Shown here: positions 16,802-25,446 of the stretch, one piece after another
How the letters are laid out: the number at the start of each line of letters is the position of its first letter
Numbering within the stretch: the stretch's first letter is position 1
Origin: an uncultured Acidobacteriota bacterium
Lineage (GTDB): Bacteria > Acidobacteriota > Terriglobia > Acidiferrales > UBA7541
Direction: 5' to 3'
DNA length: 64,000 bases
Assembly: GCA_963710845.1 (NCBI GenBank)
Contig: CAVQBU010000019.1
Location: 196,241 to 260,240 of the forward strand
Made by a program: the position numbers and the translations under genes
Notes under the pieces: generated by a model
What the model was told of the DNA's origin: nothing
The model's input: the letters and a program-made list of their open reading frames with translations, nothing else
The model's database searches: none

Positions 16802-17980
16802 ATGCAACCGACGACTGCAGCACCCACAGATCTCGCTGGGGCGAGCCAAAATCAGAAGGCCGCGGGCATGCCTCAGGGCCCCATCGCGGCAATTGATTTC
16901 GGCACCACCGCACAGCTTTTCGACGAGATCCGCGCGTTCCTTGGCCAACATCCGGGCCTGGCGGCGGACGCCGTTCTCAAATTGACTTACTTTGTTTTTG
17001 CGATTCTTTTCCCCGAATGCGCGGAAATTTGGCCGTTCGCGTCCGTTGTTGCGACCGACCCAGTAGGGTCAACCCTGCTGCTGCGATTGATTGCATGCGT
17101 CTGCGTTGCTCCGCTACAGATCGGTGAGCTCACACTCAACGCGATCCTGACGCTGCCACAGAAACCGCGTCCCGCCTTATTAATTATTGATCAGCTTGCG
17201 CCGAACAAAGAGCTCGAGCGTGCGCTGCGGATCATGAGCCGGCCGGGCGGCCGCATTTTGCGCAAAGGAGAATTCTACGATGTTTCCGTCCCCACGCTCG
17301 TCTGCACGGCCGAACCGCTCCGCGACCGCTGGATCCTGGATCAGGCGCTCCCGATCGTGCTCACGCCAATTCGCGGTCCTCTGCCGAAACTCGATGCAAA
17401 ATTGCTCGACGAATCCGCACGACAACTGCGGGGAAAGCTTGTTCGCTACTGCGAGCTAAATTTTGCGAAGGTTCGCGATGCACATTTCGACGTGCCACAT
17501 TTCACCTCACCGACGCGCGAAATTGCATGCATGCTCGGCAACTCGATCGTGGAAGATGCCGTCCTGCAGCGTTGTTTGCCGATGATCCTCGAGCCACAGG
17601 ACCAAGATGTGCGCATCAGACGGACCGATTCGATCGAAGCGGTCGTAGCCGAAGCGGCGCTGTTCCTGTCCCACGAGGGCGCTCGCAGTCAGGCGCGCGT
17701 CGGCGAGATCGCAACGGTCGCGAATGGGATTCTTAAGGGGCGCGGCGAAAATATCATTCTCGATCCGCGCGCCGTGGGCCATCATCTCCGCGCGCTGGGT
17801 TTGTTCTCGCAGCGGCTGGGCCGCGCGGGACGCGGGATCCGCTTCACAAATGAAGTTCGCCGCAAGATCCACGAGCTGGCGCAGGCGTATGACGTGCGCA
17901 CGTCGTTGGACAACTCCAAGTGCGAGTTCTGTGTAGAAGCGCGATCGAACGCCGGCACGTCGCGGGTGCGAGGGAGTTGA
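16802..17980 (+). CDS. hypothetical protein, DUF3631-like layout with degenerate P-loop motifs (tentative)
   Basis: 392 aa. VATDPVGSTLLLRL sits where a GK[ST] loop would be expected. PALLIIDQL sits where hhhhDE would be expected. RILRKGEFYDVSVPTLVCTAEPLRDRWILDQALPIVL follows. The family call is from memory only. Confidence 0.5.
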   Translation: MQPTTAAPTDLAGASQNQKAAGMPQGPIAAIDFGTTAQLFDEIRAFLGQHPGLAADAVLKLTYFVFAILFPECAEIWPFASVVATDPVGSTLLLRLIACVCVAPLQIGELTLNAILTLPQKPRPALLIIDQLAPNKELERALRIMSRPGGRILRKGEFYDVSVPTLVCTAEPLRDRWILDQALPIVLTPIRGPLPKLDAKLLDESARQLRGKLVRYCELNFAKVRDAHFDVPHFTSPTREIACMLGNSIVEDAVLQRCLPMILEPQDQDVRIRRTDSIEAVVAEAALFLSHEGARSQARVGEIATVANGILKGRGENIILDPRAVGHHLRALGLFSQRLGRAGRGIRFTNEVRRKIHELAQAYDVRTSLDNSKCEFCVEARSNAGTSRVRGS

Positions 17981-18124
17981 AGAGGTGTACATGTGCACTT
18001 CGTGCACGTCTTTTTGCGGGAATGAGATTGGCTTACCTGGCGCCCATGGCAGCCGCCAGGAATCCTGCGTTGCAGTCGGTTGTGGGCGCATTGGTTAAGG
18101 TCCGCAACGAAAAGGAGAACCGTC

Positions 18125-18811
18125 ATGAAACAAACCCCGGAACAGTGGGACGGCCTAGTCCGTCGCCTCAACGAGGGCGGCTGCCCGGTGCTGTCTGATC
18201 ATGGATACAAAGTCTCTCCGGTGGGATTGGTAATCGAAAAAATCGCAGGGATGAGCTTCAACTCGATTTTCGATCTGAAGCAAGGCGGCACAGGCTACGC
18301 GATCGAGCTAACGCTCCGCAACGAGGCGACGCGCCCGATCAACATCGTGGGGTACCAGATCAAGACCCCCTGGGGGTCGCCACCGCTGTCACTCCTCCCG
18401 GCTCCGAAGAAGTCCTCCGAAAGGTACCCACATTACTGTTTTCCGGAACCTGGGCCGTACTACGAAGGCGATTTCGTCATCAATCGCTACTTCGCGCGAC
18501 GCACGAGCCGGCTGCAGCCAAGCGCGCCGATTGAAGGCGTCCTTGTCGCGTCGTCGGAAGAGCCGATTCCACAGGACATCCCCCATCTAGCCCGCATCAT
18601 CGTGACGCTTCTTGTCTTCGATTCGCGCCAGAACGCATATTCCGCACAATTCCAGCTGCCCGTAAATCGCCATGCGTGGATCTTGCGCAAGCAGCCGGGC
18701 CCAGCAATGGCCTCTTCAGAGCCGTCGGAAGCATCAGCCGCACCAGCAGTAACGCCGGAAGAGACGAGACCACAGCATGTAGAAACGCAGGTGACTACTG
18801 TAACGAGGTGA
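18125..18811 (+). CDS. hypothetical protein
   Basis: ATG at 18125 is preceded by AAGGAG. 228 aa with no family recognised. Confidence 0.5.
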   Translation: MKQTPEQWDGLVRRLNEGGCPVLSDHGYKVSPVGLVIEKIAGMSFNSIFDLKQGGTGYAIELTLRNEATRPINIVGYQIKTPWGSPPLSLLPAPKKSSERYPHYCFPEPGPYYEGDFVINRYFARRTSRLQPSAPIEGVLVASSEEPIPQDIPHLARIIVTLLVFDSRQNAYSAQFQLPVNRHAWILRKQPGPAMASSEPSEASAAPAVTPEETRPQHVETQVTTVTR

Positions 18812-18815
18812 GACG

Positions 18816-19304
18816 ATGAAGAAAAATTCAAGAACCAAACGTCCGAAGCGTAATTCGGGAAAGCAGCGCCGCGCTCATGCTCCGCAAATCACCGCCCAGC
18901 AAGTCGCGCTGCTTTGGAGACTGCTCTGTGAGGCGAAGGATATCGCGCAGCGCATTCCGTCAGACGAGATGCAAGCTGTCGTTCAGAGACTGTGCGGAGA
19001 ATTTTATGCGCTAGGAAGCGAGGCGCTGGAGGCCATCCGCTACGCGCTGGAAGTAAAAAAAGACGCACGAATCGGTTACCAGATACTCAACGTATTGGGG
19101 GTGATTCCGTCGCCAGAAGAAAGATATGCGATCTTGAACAAGCCAATGGCCACCAAAGAAGCTACGCCGACTCCGTTTCCAATCGCTGTGGCCAAGCCTT
19201 CTCCAAAGACTTGCGCCGCCGGTAAAGCAGCGCCAGCTGATCGCGTGCGAGAAGAAGAACCGGCAATGGCGTCGTCGCAACCGACCTATGCCGGAAAAAT
19301 GTAA
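18816..19304 (+). CDS. hypothetical protein with basic N-terminus
   Basis: Starts 5 nt after the upstream stop. MKKNSRTKRPKRNSGKQRRAH.. then a helical region. No family recognised. Confidence 0.5.
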   Translation: MKKNSRTKRPKRNSGKQRRAHAPQITAQQVALLWRLLCEAKDIAQRIPSDEMQAVVQRLCGEFYALGSEALEAIRYALEVKKDARIGYQILNVLGVIPSPEERYAILNKPMATKEATPTPFPIAVAKPSPKTCAAGKAAPADRVREEEPAMASSQPTYAGKM

Positions 19305-19757
19305 GGGTCGGCCCGTGGAAGTGGCATCCGGCACCGATTCTAGCGCCGGAAGGGAGGAGGGTTCCCCGTCAATTCCCCGTTCGTTGCCGTTCCGGCACGA
19401 CGTACTTTAGGGTAACTCGCGTGGGCAAAGGCATTTTCGCTATGATCAGCTACCTAGAGTGTGATAGTTCCCTGTTTTTTTCCTGTTATGGACTCGAGAT
19501 GAGTTCGAGCATGACGATGCGTTCCATCGGTGGTTGGGAGCGCGCGAAACGCGAAAATTGCAAGACGAACTGTCCATCGTCCATAGATTCAACGGCGGCT
19601 GTGATTTCGGTTGCGCGAGATCGAGCAAAGGAGCGAAACCGGACGAGAATTCTTGTAACGATGGCATTGGCGACGACGTCCGGTGGATCGCGCGCACGCG
19701 CCGCCCCGGATTCCGCAACCACTGTCGCGCATTCCGGCCGATTCCGTAGGAATCTCG

Positions 19758-19787
19758 TTGAGCGGCGAAGGCGAACTCCATTATAAT
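19758..19787 (+). promoter_or_regulatory. candidate sigma70 promoter of the PpiD-like gene
   Basis: TTGAGC, 18 nt, TATAAT. Lies about 40 nt upstream of the ATG at 19826. Confidence 0.4.
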
Positions 19788-19825
19788 TACATGATTTGCC
19801 AAGGTAGAGGGAGCCACAGACAGTC

Positions 19826-21766
19826 ATGTTGAAAAGCATTCAGCAACGGGACCTGGATCGAAACCGCTGGGTCAAAATCGGTATGAGCGTCCTGCTAGGG
19901 GTCATCTGCTTGAGCATGTTGACCTATTTGATCCCTGGGATGGGCAGCGCTGCTTTCAGCAATGCTCCCGATGCCGTCGCTACCGTAGGTGGACAGAACA
20001 TCACTGCCACGGACGTGCAACGCCAGCTCAATACCGCGCTCCACGGACAATCGGTCCCGGACGTGCTGAAGGGCCTTTACGCCAAACAAGTTTTGGATCA
20101 GCTGATTCTCAAACAAGCGCTCACCCTGGAAGCGCAGCGCCTCGGTATCCGCGTCACTGACCAGGAACTCTCCGATCGAATTAAGCAGATTCTCCCGGCT
20201 GCCTGGAACGGCGACACTTGGTTGAAAGACCGCTATACCACCGAGGTCCAAACCCGTACCGGCATGTCCATTCCGGAATTTGAGGATTTTCTCCGTGATC
20301 AAATGCTGCAGGAGAAATTTCGGCAGCTGGTCACCGACGCCATCACCGTCAGCCCCGCCGAAATACAGGCCGAATACCGCCGTCGCAACGAAAAAGTTCA
20401 GATCGAATACGTTTTCGTAAAGCCTGCAGACCTCGCGTCCACGATTCAACCGACGGATGCGGAATTGTCGGCCTATTACTCCAAGCACGTAGGCCTATAT
20501 CAGCTTCCGGAGAAGCGCTCGGCTCGCTATGCACTGTTGGACCTCGCAAAACTGCGCGCGACTACTACCGTTGGTGACGATGTTCTGCGCGCTTACTACA
20601 ATTCCCATATTGATGAATACAAAGTCGAGAATCGCGTCCACGTCGAGCACATCCTCTTCAAGACCGTCGGCAAGACCGACGCTGAAATCGCCGAAATCCG
20701 CCAGAAAGCCGAAAACGTTCTGAAACAAGCCAAGAGCGGCGCGAACTTCGAAGACCTCGCCAAGAAATTTTCCGAAGATGACGGCACGAAACCGAAGGGC
20801 GGCGATTTGGGCTGGATCGTTGAAGGCCAGACAGTACCAGAATTTCAGCAAGCCGCGTTCACGCTGCCCAAGGGTTCCATCTCCGATTTGGTCAAGACCC
20901 AGTACGGATTTCACATCATCAAGGTCTTGGATCACGAGCAAGCCCATACCAAATCGTTCGAAGAAGTCCGCAGCACGATCGAGCCGACCGTGCTCGACGA
21001 AACAGTCAGCGCTAAAGCCAACGATATCGCCGAAAAGATCGCTGCGGCCATCCGCCAGTCGAATCACCAGCCGCTCGACGACTTGGCGAAGAAGTTCAAT
21101 CTGACTGTCGGCGAACTACCTCTGGCTTCCGCCACAGATCCACCCACGGCTTTTGCCAATTCTCAAGACGTGCGCACCGCGGTATTCCAGCTGCGTCCCG
21201 GCGAATTGAGCCAGCCCCTCCAGACCCCGCAGGGAATCGTGGTTGTTACCCCGAAGGATGTCCAAGCCGGTCACCAGGGAACCTTCGCGGAAGTCCGCGA
21301 CCGTGTGCTTTCCGATTATCAGCAGGAGAAATCGGTTGAACTCGCCAAATCCAAGGCCGAGGATCTTGCAAAACGGGCGAAGAGCGGCGAGGCCTTCGAC
21401 AAGTCAGCCAAGTCCCTTAATCTCGAGGCTAAAACCTCGGAATCTCTCTCGCGCACCGGTTCGATTCCAGACGTCGGTTCCGGCCAATTGATTGACGCTG
21501 CCTTCTCCATGCCCGTCGGCCAGGTCAGCGATCCCAAAAACATCGCGGGCTCCTGGCTCGTGTATCTCGTTGCTGCCCACGAGCCTGTCAATGACGCCGC
21601 AGTGGTGCTGCAAGCCGACCAAATCCGCCAGCAATTGCTCCAATCCAAGCAGAGCGCGGCCTTCGACGCGTTCCGTTTGGCTCTCGAAGACCGGCTGAAG
21701 AAGGAAGGAAAGCTGGTCATTAATGCTGATGCAATGAAGCGTCTAACTGGCTCGGCATCCTTGTAA
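19826..21766 (+). CDS. PpiD-like periplasmic chaperone / parvulin-type peptidyl-prolyl isomerase
   Basis: N-terminal TM anchor, SurA-N-like region and parvulin core GGDLGWIVEGQTVPEFQQAAF..YGFHIIKV. 646 aa. Confidence 0.85.
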   Translation: MLKSIQQRDLDRNRWVKIGMSVLLGVICLSMLTYLIPGMGSAAFSNAPDAVATVGGQNITATDVQRQLNTALHGQSVPDVLKGLYAKQVLDQLILKQALTLEAQRLGIRVTDQELSDRIKQILPAAWNGDTWLKDRYTTEVQTRTGMSIPEFEDFLRDQMLQEKFRQLVTDAITVSPAEIQAEYRRRNEKVQIEYVFVKPADLASTIQPTDAELSAYYSKHVGLYQLPEKRSARYALLDLAKLRATTTVGDDVLRAYYNSHIDEYKVENRVHVEHILFKTVGKTDAEIAEIRQKAENVLKQAKSGANFEDLAKKFSEDDGTKPKGGDLGWIVEGQTVPEFQQAAFTLPKGSISDLVKTQYGFHIIKVLDHEQAHTKSFEEVRSTIEPTVLDETVSAKANDIAEKIAAAIRQSNHQPLDDLAKKFNLTVGELPLASATDPPTAFANSQDVRTAVFQLRPGELSQPLQTPQGIVVVTPKDVQAGHQGTFAEVRDRVLSDYQQEKSVELAKSKAEDLAKRAKSGEAFDKSAKSLNLEAKTSESLSRTGSIPDVGSGQLIDAAFSMPVGQVSDPKNIAGSWLVYLVAAHEPVNDAAVVLQADQIRQQLLQSKQSAAFDAFRLALEDRLKKEGKLVINADAMKRLTGSASL

Positions 21767-21968
21767 TCATATGAAAACCAATGCTTTAAGAAAATATCAC
21801 TCTTCTCTTGCCGTCTGCTGCCCTCTTCGCTAGACTAATTCAATCCGCAGAGCCTGCCCCGTAGCCAGCGGGGTCCTCTTCCCTGATCACTCGGGGATCC
21901 TGGGCACATGCCTTCCAGCCCAATGTCGCCTGGTGTTCAAAAAAAAGACGTGTCTAAGGAGCATTCCT

Positions 21969-22532
21969 ATGGCGCAAAGAAATTCTAGGGCAGGCAGGTC
22001 CCCAGCAGCCAATTCGGAAGCGAAGCGCGGACGCCATTCGGCAGGATCCGTCGCGTTTGCCGGATCCGGCGGAAACGGGAAGTTGAGGACCATAATGTCC
22101 ACCAGGAGCAGTATGTCTGGAAACTTGTATCACTGTGCGATGGAGAGGAACCAGAACGGCAAGTACAACATCCGCATCCGGGTGCAGTTCGAACGCGGTG
22201 GGTGGGCCTTGTCCGTGTATTTCCTCGCGTCATCCTTCAATGCCGGGATGAAGAAGCTAGAAGAATCGCTCCAGCTACTACAGAAAAGTGAAGAGCGCCT
22301 GCGGTTTTGGGGCGTGGAACGCACCGATGATCCGAATCTGGCCGGCGATTTGTTGCAGGAATCCGGCTTGTGGCTGGATCGCCGCCGCGAATTCCCTCGC
22401 AAAGTCGCGGAAATGAGCGTGGCGAGCGAGCGGCCGGTCGCTGCTTCGCTACTCGCGCCCGTCCGCCGCGTCCTCGCGGATTCAGTCTCTCAGGAGCGCG
22501 AGCGAGCTGTTTCGGCTGCGGCAGGCGACTAA
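21969..22532 (+). CDS. hypothetical protein
   Basis: ATG at 21969 with AAGGAG 9 nt upstream. No family recognised. Confidence 0.4.
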   Translation: MAQRNSRAGRSPAANSEAKRGRHSAGSVAFAGSGGNGKLRTIMSTRSSMSGNLYHCAMERNQNGKYNIRIRVQFERGGWALSVYFLASSFNAGMKKLEESLQLLQKSEERLRFWGVERTDDPNLAGDLLQESGLWLDRRREFPRKVAEMSVASERPVAASLLAPVRRVLADSVSQERERAVSAAAGD

Positions 22533-22576
22533 ACGGCGGGGTTCGCTAAAGCATTGAGGTGCTGTGGGAGGCGGCG

Positions 22577-22852
22577 CTATTTCTCGCGGACTAGCACTTC
22601 CCCCTGCGCCAAGATCACATCATTCAAGGACAGCTTGTACTTGTAAGAGCCTGGATTCAGGCCCGGGCGTAGCGGCCCGCTTACCAGCCGCACGCCAGGT
22701 GGTGCCTGGAACACATTCGAAGAGAACGGGCAGCGCTGGGAGTCGAACTCAATCTTGATGTTCCCCGCATTCGAAATCCACTCCGCCTGATCGCCCTGAT
22801 CGAGCACTACCACTTCCGGCAACACCCCAACTAGAACCCGCTTCTCCGTCAA
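22577..22852 (-). CDS. small hypothetical protein (cupredoxin-like beta pattern, no metal ligands evident)
   Basis: 91 aa. VVVLDQGDQAEWISNAGNIKIEF.. No family recognised. Confidence 0.45.
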   Translation of the reverse strand: MTEKRVLVGVLPEVVVLDQGDQAEWISNAGNIKIEFDSQRCPFSSNVFQAPPGVRLVSGPLRPGLNPGSYKYKLSLNDVILAQGEVLVREK

Positions 22853-22888
22853 TTTATCCTCGATTCAGTTTCCCGTGGAACATACTAC

Positions 22889-24760
22889 CTACAGCACGCC
22901 CTTTATGGCTTCAACGATATCTCGCGCCGAAATTCCAAATGCATCCACCAGCTCTTCCGGTTTGCCCGAATGGGGCATGTTATTCACGGCGACCAGCTTG
23001 AACTTTGCTGGCGGCGCGCCAGCGGCAGCCAGAGCGTGCAGCACGCCTTCGCCAAGGCCACCTTCAGGCCAGTGATCTTCCGCAGTCACCAGACGCCCAC
23101 CGGTCGCAGCGATCTCCGCCGCCAGGGCCTTGCCATCCAGGGGCTTCACACAGTACAGATCAATCACGCGGATCGCAGTTCCCGCTGCCTTCAGCTGATC
23201 CGCCGCCTTCAGCGCTTCATGCAGCGTCACGCCCGCGCCGATCACCGTCACCTTATCGTCAGCGCTCTTCCGCAGTACCTTGAAGCCGGGAACGGGGAAT
23301 TTCTCGTCTTTCGAGTACAGAATGGGCATCTTGGGCCGCGAGGTGCGCAGGTAGTTGATTCCCGGCCGTCGCGCCATGATCTCGGTGATTCGTTCCGTCG
23401 AAACAGCGTCGCTCGGATAAAACACTGCTGAACCGTGAATCGCGCGGAACATCGCAATGTCTTCCAGCGCCATCTGCGACGGGCCATCTTCGCCGATGGA
23501 AACGCCGCAATGCGAGCCGCACAAATTGATGTTGGCGCGACTGATCGCTGCCATGCGCACATTGTCATACGCGCGCGAAAGGAAGCACGCAAACGTGTCG
23601 GCAAACGGAACCTTGCCGCGCGCCTGCAGCCCCACCGCGACGCTTACCAGGTTCTGCTCCGCGATGTAACCCTGCCAGAAATGATCCGGATACGCATCGC
23701 CAAACGTTTCCGAAAAAGTCGAGTTTTTCACATCTCCCGATATCGCAACTACGTGCGGGTTCACGGCGCCCAGCCGCTTGAGCGCAAATCCGTACGCTTC
23801 GCGCGTTGCGATCTTGGCGTCCGCGGCATAGTCCGGCGGTGGCGGTGCTGGGAAATCCGGCGGCGTCGGCAGAGGCGTGCGCTCGTAAGATTTTCCCGGA
23901 TCCGGTGGAACCGTCGGTCCGCCGCCCATTTCCTGAATCGCCGCCGCAAGCTGTTCCTTCGAGAAAGGCTTGCCGTGCCAATTCAGCTTGTCGGCAACCT
24001 GGCTGAACCCGTGTCCCTTGATCGTCCGCGCAACGATCGCCTGCGGCTTTCCCTTTACCGACTTCGCGCGATCCAGTGCAGCCAACACCGCCGCCACATC
24101 GTGACCGTCAATCACTTGCGTGTCGAAACCCTCCGACTCAAACTTCAGCCGGTAGCGCTCCATGTCATGTTGGTACATCGTCGGCTCGCTCTGTCCGAGC
24201 CGATTGATGTCGGCAATCACCGTCAGATTGTCTAGGTTGTAGTGCGCCGCGAACGCCGCCGCCTCCCAAACCTGCCCCTCGGCCAATTCGCCGTCGCCGG
24301 TCAGCACGTACACGCGCGTCGGACTCTTATCCATCCGCGCGCCGATCGCCAGGCCCGCGCCCACCGAGAGCCCTTGCCCCAGCGACCCGGTCGCGGCATC
24401 CACACCATGGATCCGCGGCGTCGGGTGGCCTTCCAGTTCGCTCGAGAATTGCCGCAGCGTCATTAGGCGCGAAACCGGAAACACCCCAGCTTCCGCCAGC
24501 GCGGCATAGAGCACCGGCGCGGCGTGGCCTTTGGACAGCACAAAGCGATCGTTGTCGTTCGAATTCGCGTTCTTGGGATCAAACTTCATCGCATGGAAAA
24601 ACACACCGGCGACCAGTTCGGCGGCGGACATGCAGGACGTCGGATGTCCCGAGCCCGCAGCCGTTGTGGCCATCATCGAGTAGATGCTCAGCAGCTTGGC
24701 TTTTTCTTTTACCGCGCTAACAGTGGCAGCGGAAGGTCCTGCGGAAGAAGGCGCACTCAT
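22889..24760 (-). CDS. tkt: transketolase
   Basis: GHPTSCMSAAEL, the TPP-binding GDGELAEGQVWEA, and pyrimidine-binding and C-terminal domains across 623 aa. Confidence 0.9.
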   Translation of the reverse strand: MSAPSSAGPSAATVSAVKEKAKLLSIYSMMATTAAGSGHPTSCMSAAELVAGVFFHAMKFDPKNANSNDNDRFVLSKGHAAPVLYAALAEAGVFPVSRLMTLRQFSSELEGHPTPRIHGVDAATGSLGQGLSVGAGLAIGARMDKSPTRVYVLTGDGELAEGQVWEAAAFAAHYNLDNLTVIADINRLGQSEPTMYQHDMERYRLKFESEGFDTQVIDGHDVAAVLAALDRAKSVKGKPQAIVARTIKGHGFSQVADKLNWHGKPFSKEQLAAAIQEMGGGPTVPPDPGKSYERTPLPTPPDFPAPPPPDYAADAKIATREAYGFALKRLGAVNPHVVAISGDVKNSTFSETFGDAYPDHFWQGYIAEQNLVSVAVGLQARGKVPFADTFACFLSRAYDNVRMAAISRANINLCGSHCGVSIGEDGPSQMALEDIAMFRAIHGSAVFYPSDAVSTERITEIMARRPGINYLRTSRPKMPILYSKDEKFPVPGFKVLRKSADDKVTVIGAGVTLHEALKAADQLKAAGTAIRVIDLYCVKPLDGKALAAEIAATGGRLVTAEDHWPEGGLGEGVLHALAAAGAPPAKFKLVAVNNMPHSGKPEELVDAFGISARDIVEAIKGVL

Positions 24761-24931
24761 GGGAGCTCCTTTAACAGCTCATAATTCCATCTGATTTTAC
24801 CCTTTTCGGCCGCATCTGACGAAACTGTAATTTTTGATGCCCGCGCTGGCGCAATCGCCGCACACGATTTGCATTTCGCCCGATCTAAACGTAGAGTTTC
24901 GTTTCACGTCGCGCAAGCCAGGGAGATCCGC

Positions 24932-25441
24932 ATGAACACAATTTCAATCACCGTAAATGGCCAGCAACATTCCGTGGAAGTTTCGCCGGATACGCCCCTG
25001 CTCTGGGTTTTGCGCGATACGCTAGGGCTAACCGGCACAAAATTCGGCTGCGGCCAGGCGCTGTGTGGTGCTTGTACCGTCCACGTGGATGGCGAAGCCA
25101 CGCGCTCCTGCACCACTCGCATTTCTACCGTCGCCGGACACAACATCACCACCATAGAGGGACTTTCCCCCGACGGACAGCATCCTGTGCAGCAGGCGTG
25201 GCTCGCGGACCAAGTCCCGCAATGTGGCTACTGCCAGGTCGGCATGATCATGACCACCGCCGCGCTACTCGCGAAAAATTCCGCACCCACTGACGCGGAC
25301 ATTGATGAAGCCCTCGGCGGCCACATTTGCCGCTGCGGCACCTATCAACGCATCCGCCAGGCCGTTCATCAAGCTGCGGCGAAACATTCCACGTCGGAAG
25401 CTGCCCCGCCCGTTTCCGCCGCAACAGGAGGCGCCCGGTGA
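24932..25441 (+). CDS. (2Fe-2S)-binding small subunit of a molybdopterin oxidoreductase (isoquinoline/aldehyde oxidoreductase alpha-type)
   Basis: [15 protein letters not shown] and [16 protein letters not shown] cysteine clusters. ATG at 24932 after AGGGAGA. Confidence 0.9.
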   Translation: MNTISITVNGQQHSVEVSPDTPLLWVLRDTLGLTGTKFGCGQALCGACTVHVDGEATRSCTTRISTVAGHNITTIEGLSPDGQHPVQQAWLADQVPQCGYCQVGMIMTTAALLAKNSAPTDADIDEALGGHICRCGTYQRIRQAVHQAAAKHSTSEAAPPVSAATGGAR

Positions 25442-25446
25442 GCACG

